Shown: positions 60,023 through 64,000 of the stretch, piece by piece | Layout of the letters: the number at the start of each line of letters is the position of its first letter | How positions within the stretch are numbered: position 1 is the stretch's first letter | DNA from: Methanimicrococcus sp. OttesenSCG-928-J09 | Lineage (GTDB): Archaea; Halobacteriota; Methanosarcinia; Methanosarcinales; Methanosarcinaceae | Direction: 5' to 3' | Assembly: GCA_030266245.1 (NCBI GenBank) | Contig: JAJDHP010000004.1 | Coordinates: 994-64,993 of the forward strand | DNA length: 64,000 bases | Position numbers and translations under genes: made by a program | The notes under the pieces: generated by a model | What the model saw: only the letters and a program-made list of their open reading frames with translations | The model's database searches: none | Told to the model about the DNA's origin: nothing

Positions 60023-61753
60023 ATGTCCGAAAATCAATCCGCTCCGAATCCTGAATTGCTGGAACTCTGCCGCGCTGTTTACGCTGATGTCCGAAAAGCG
60101 ATTTCGCCGCTGGAAGGGACTGAACAGGCTGACGAATTTATGTTTGTCGGCGCCGACGGTACCGATACTAAAAGGATTGATTTGGCAGCCGAAGAAGCTA
60201 TGCTGAAACGAATGAAAGAAAGCGGGCTCTCTCTTCGCGTTATCAGTGAGGAATATGGCGAAACGATTATCGGCGACATTAATAATCTTGAATACGCGGC
60301 TATTGTTGACCCTCTTGACGGCACAACCAACGCGATTCACGAAATTCCGTTTTACAGCGTCTCAATTGCTTTTTCCAAACCGGATATTACGGGTATTTTT
60401 TTCGGCTATGTCTGCAATCTGGCCAACGGCGATGAATTTTATGCAGAAGTCGGAAAAGGCGCTTACATGAACAACCAAAAAATAGAATCGTCGCGCGCAT
60501 CGGCGGTTCGTGAATTCACAATCAGCGCTTACGGTTACCGCCAAAATACAGACAGAACTGCCAAACTCTGCTCCCGCGTTCAGAAAGTGCGTGTTCTCGG
60601 CAGCGTCGCACTTGAACTCTGTTATGTCGCGGCCGGTAAAATCGACGCGTTTGTTGATGTCCGCCGCACACTTCGGTTGGTTGACATCGGCGCCGGACAG
60701 CTTATTGTTCGCGAAGCCGGCGGTATTGTGACCGACGGCACCGGAAACCCTCTTTTTCTGCCTGACAATCATATTAAGCCGGTTAATCTGGTAGCCACAA
60801 ACGGCATGATTCATCAGGAAATTCTTAATTTAATTTCATTCCCGGAAATTGACTGCCGCGGCGACTGGCTTTATTACAAAGGCAAAGTCAAAAAAATCGC
60901 GATCGTTTCCCGCTGTGACAGCGAAGCGGCACTTGAAATGATTCAAAAAATCGTTGACGCATTCAAAGACCGCGTTGAAATTTATCTCTCCTCCTCGCCC
61001 GCTAAATATCTCAATATGGAAGAGCGCGGAATCGCGGTCGGCAAAACGAAAGACGCCGGAATTGATTTTGTTATATCACTCGGCGGCGACGGTACAATTC
61101 TCAGAAATATGTCAAAAATGCCCGATCCGATTCCGATTCTTGGAATCAACATGGGAACGCTCGGCTTTTTAGCCGACATCGACCCCGAAGACGCAATTGA
61201 AGCGATTGAAACAGCGATCGCGGGTTTTATGTATGACGAACGCCCGCGCTTAGAACTTTCCATCAACGGCAAATTTGTCGGAAACGCCATCAACGAAGTC
61301 GTTGCAACTTCCGCGTATCCCGCCAAAATGATTACTTATGAAATACTCGTCAACCGCCGTCTTCTCGGAGAAATCCGCGCCGACGGTATTGTTTTCGCAA
61401 CGCCGACCGGATCCACCGCTTATGCAATGAGTGCCGGCGGACCAATTGTGACGCCCGAAGTTGACGCGATACTCATCGTTCCGATCGCACCGTTTAAACT
61501 CTCCTCGCGCCCGTGGGTTGTTCCCTTCGACAGTGAAATCACCGTCCGCATCAAAATGCCGAATAAAGAAATCGTTGTCGTGACTGATGGAAAAGTCGTA
61601 ACACCGCCCGAAATTGAAACAGAGCGCCGCGAAGATTTCATTCATGTCAATGAAAATGACACCGTCACAATCAAGCGCGCTCGCTATCCCGGAAGATTTG
61701 TTAAATTTTCAGACGCCTGTTTCTACGACACCGTCCGTAAAAAGCTGAGTTGA
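60023..61753 (+). CDS. bifunctional NADP phosphatase (IMPase fold)/NAD kinase
   Basis: SEE, DPLDGTTN, GGDGT, NE, DG...TPTGSTAYAMSAGG. Confidence 0.94.
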   Translation: MSENQSAPNPELLELCRAVYADVRKAISPLEGTEQADEFMFVGADGTDTKRIDLAAEEAMLKRMKESGLSLRVISEEYGETIIGDINNLEYAAIVDPLDGTTNAIHEIPFYSVSIAFSKPDITGIFFGYVCNLANGDEFYAEVGKGAYMNNQKIESSRASAVREFTISAYGYRQNTDRTAKLCSRVQKVRVLGSVALELCYVAAGKIDAFVDVRRTLRLVDIGAGQLIVREAGGIVTDGTGNPLFLPDNHIKPVNLVATNGMIHQEILNLISFPEIDCRGDWLYYKGKVKKIAIVSRCDSEAALEMIQKIVDAFKDRVEIYLSSSPAKYLNMEERGIAVGKTKDAGIDFVISLGGDGTILRNMSKMPDPIPILGINMGTLGFLADIDPEDAIEAIETAIAGFMYDERPRLELSINGKFVGNAINEVVATSAYPAKMITYEILVNRRLLGEIRADGIVFATPTGSTAYAMSAGGPIVTPEVDAILIVPIAPFKLSSRPWVVPFDSEITVRIKMPNKEIVVVTDGKVVTPPEIETERREDFIHVNENDTVTIKRARYPGRFVKFSDACFYDTVRKKLS

Positions 61754-61894
61754 GCAAACAAACAAAACCGTAAAAATCGCTCCTCTTTTCACTTGCGATT
61801 TTTACTTATTTATTTATGGCAGCACCGCCGAAGTCAGGTGCCGGCCGCAACCGCTTGTATGTTTCCTGTTTCCGTTCGGAATTGGGCTGTTGTT

Positions 61895-62002
61895 GCCGCT
61901 TGGAGTCAGGTTTTAGTTTCCACTTGGAGTCAGGTTTTAGTTTGCAGTGGGAGGGCGGTGTTTATGAAAAATCGCTTACGCGATTTTTGCGGCTGCCGCC
62001 GC
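61895..62002. repeat. dispersed repeat family A, inverted copy with 2 units
   Basis: TTGGAGTCAGG x2, TGCAGTGGGAGGG, AAAATCGC/GCGATTTT, GCGGCTGCCGCCGC; lies between convergent genes. Confidence 0.88.
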
Positions 62003-62140
62003 TATTATAATACAGTACCTGAAACAACACTTTACCTTCTGCGCCACCGCCGTCGCGCGCGAGCCGCATCAATTTTCAAAAATAGAAAAAAACAATCCTC
62101 GTTTTTTCAAAAATAAAAACGGAAAAAGAGAGAGAAAAGA

Positions 62141-63694
62141 TCAAAAATCGAACAAACTCTTTTGGTTTTTCGGCTTTTCTTCCGTTTTTGCAGCGACCCG
62201 TTCTTCTTCCGCTTTCTTTTCTTCGCTCTTCTTTGCGATTTCTTCAAGCGTCAGCTGGTTTTTATCTGCCGCAGCTGTCGTGCTTCTTTTTTCAGATTCC
62301 GGCGCCCTAAAGAATTCTGTTTCAGCGGGTCGTTTCGCCGCCGCAATAAAGCGTGATTTCTCATAAACGGACTGCACTTTTTTTGTCGCCGACTTGGCTT
62401 TTAATAAATAAACCAATTCGTCCATATCGAAATCAGATTCGCCGGCAAGCGCGATCGCATAATCTTCATTTTCCATCAATCTGCGGTAATATGGAATAAT
62501 TTCATTTCTGGAAACGCGCATGGATTTATTGTGACGCGCCGAAATTTTGACCGCGATGTTATCACGCATATTCCGAACCGATCGCGATTGTCTCATTCGT
62601 TTCCAACGCGTCGGAGACGTGTATTTTATAAAACCTGAATATTCCTTTGAACGAACCGACATCGGTCCGGCAGTCATCATAAAACTTGCATAGCGCCACA
62701 TCCTGTATGTTTGGCGGCGGCGCACACGACCGAGATATAAATCTGCCTTTGACAAAACTTCATAACCTTTAGCCACATCCGGATTGACGCCGTCTTCAAT
62801 GGGTTTGCCTTTTTCATCCTGATTCGGGAATTGAATCGGCAGATTTTCATCAATCCATAAAATCAAATCTTCGGGCGTCTCATCCAGCGTTTGAACCGCG
62901 TCCAGCGCTTCTCTGCGGTTATGTCCCTTAAAAACCTTCACAAGCGCTTTAAAAATCGTTTCTTTGACATCTCTGCCGGAGACAACGATGTCGGATTCCA
63001 AAATTTCAGTTTTGCCGACAGAAACCGCCTGCAAATCATTAATCGCACTTCTCAAATCGCCGCCTGCGTTTTCAGCGATTTTTAAAACCGCTTTTTCATC
63101 CGCCGCAACACCTTCATTTTGACAGATTTTTTGTAAAACAGGAACTAAAGATCTCGTTTGAATCCTTGAAAACTCAATTTCCAACGATTTAGACCGAATC
63201 GTCTGCGTAATGCCGTAAACATCATTCGCGATTAAAAGAATCGGCTGCGTCGTTTTATCAATCACGTCAGCAATCGCTTTGCTGCCGCCTTTATCATAAG
63301 TGCCGTGAAGATTATCCGCTTCATCTAAAACAATCAGTCTTCTGCCTGATGATTTTTTACCCTCCTCATCCACTTCATGACTGAAAAGCGTCGTCGTTTT
63401 AGAAGCCGCGCCGGCAATACGCTCAATAACGTCTGCCGTTCGCTGGTCGCCGGCATTCATTTCAATATATTCCCAGCCCATTTCTGAAGCCAAAACCGCA
63501 GCCGATGAAGTTTTTCCGATACCTGCCGTTCCTGATAAAATCACCGCTTTCTTTTCGGGAACGCCTTTCTCCCATTCTTCCGCCCACAAGCGCAGCTCAT
63601 GGATTGCTTTTTTATTCCCGATCAGATCTTTAAACGTTTTCGGGCGGTACTTTTCCGCCCAATCCGTTGTCTGCATCACAATTTCAGAAGACAT
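62141..63694 (-). CDS. rfcL: replication factor C large subunit
   Basis: WAEKYRP, GTAGIGKT, LDEADN, GDLRSAINDLQ, C-terminal PIP box QKSLFDF. Confidence 0.96.
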   Translation of the reverse strand: MSSEIVMQTTDWAEKYRPKTFKDLIGNKKAIHELRLWAEEWEKGVPEKKAVILSGTAGIGKTSSAAVLASEMGWEYIEMNAGDQRTADVIERIAGAASKTTTLFSHEVDEEGKKSSGRRLIVLDEADNLHGTYDKGGSKAIADVIDKTTQPILLIANDVYGITQTIRSKSLEIEFSRIQTRSLVPVLQKICQNEGVAADEKAVLKIAENAGGDLRSAINDLQAVSVGKTEILESDIVVSGRDVKETIFKALVKVFKGHNRREALDAVQTLDETPEDLILWIDENLPIQFPNQDEKGKPIEDGVNPDVAKGYEVLSKADLYLGRVRRRQTYRMWRYASFMMTAGPMSVRSKEYSGFIKYTSPTRWKRMRQSRSVRNMRDNIAVKISARHNKSMRVSRNEIIPYYRRLMENEDYAIALAGESDFDMDELVYLLKAKSATKKVQSVYEKSRFIAAAKRPAETEFFRAPESEKRSTTAAADKNQLTLEEIAKKSEEKKAEEERVAAKTEEKPKNQKSLFDF

Positions 63695-63744
63695 GGTATA
63701 TCAGCCGTATCACTCAGCTCTCAATAATTATCAAGAGTCCATTA

Positions 63745-64000
63745 TTAGATTCCGATTCCCATCGCTTTATTTGTTTTCTCGATGGATTTCAAATTATCTT
63801 TTTCAAGTCCCATCATTGCGCGGATCGCATCTACGTTTTCGGGAATAACATCGGATTCCTGGTGAATGGCCTGGAAGAAATAAAGTTCACCGTCGTCAAC
63901 AGACACGGATTCTTTAAAGACGCAGTTTTCCCACATATCGTTTCTCGGTCTGCCTAAATCCCTGCCGAATTCAATAATCTGCGCCGTTGCGGAAATGCCG
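63745..64000 (-). CDS. gap: archaeal (type II) glyceraldehyde-3-phosphate dehydrogenase, 3' part
   Basis: [10 protein letters not shown]...[20 protein letters not shown]; open to the window edge. Confidence 0.93.
   Translation of the reverse strand, partial: GISATAQIIEFGRDLGRPRNDMWENCVFKESVSVDDGELYFFQAIHQESDVIPENVDAIRAMMGLEKDNLKSIEKTNKAMGIGI

Noticed and set aside
1-64000. TGA (selenocysteine) read-through
   Set aside because: TGA is a common true stop here, at positions matching family C-termini, and I saw no TGA-split gene.

Overview
This is an archaeal chromosomal window from a Methanosarcinales methanogen; gene content and style suggest a gut-type Methanimicrococcus-like genome, which is inference. 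Most of it is housekeeping: the rpl15e-RNase P-proteasome-exosome-rpl37ae-rpoP-Brix-Pcc1 superoperon, DUF39/ferredoxin homocysteine synthesis, ribL, DNA repair genes (mpg, alkD, ogt, uvrC), transporters, cobT, pan, catalase, tsr3, a thyA-like gene, cobA-hemD, tatC2/tatA2, NAD kinase, rfcL and gap, plus four tRNA genes (two Val, two Glu). Three things stand out. (1) TAG behaves as a sense codon: none of about 58 credible gene ends I read uses TAG, while four in-frame TAGs sit inside three otherwise intact genes, which points to pyrrolysine recoding. (2) An AT-rich island between two tRNA-Glu genes carries a divergent CARF-wHTH regulator, a viperin, a nucleotide kinase and a hidden 1037-aa TPR-HEPN protein that is complete only if two TAGs are read through. 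A ThsB-like TIR gene with an apparently lost catalytic Glu lies just outside the island. (3) Intergenic regions contain modular families of dispersed REP/MITE-like repeats with variable internal tandem arrays. All calls come from reading motifs by eye; no searches were run.
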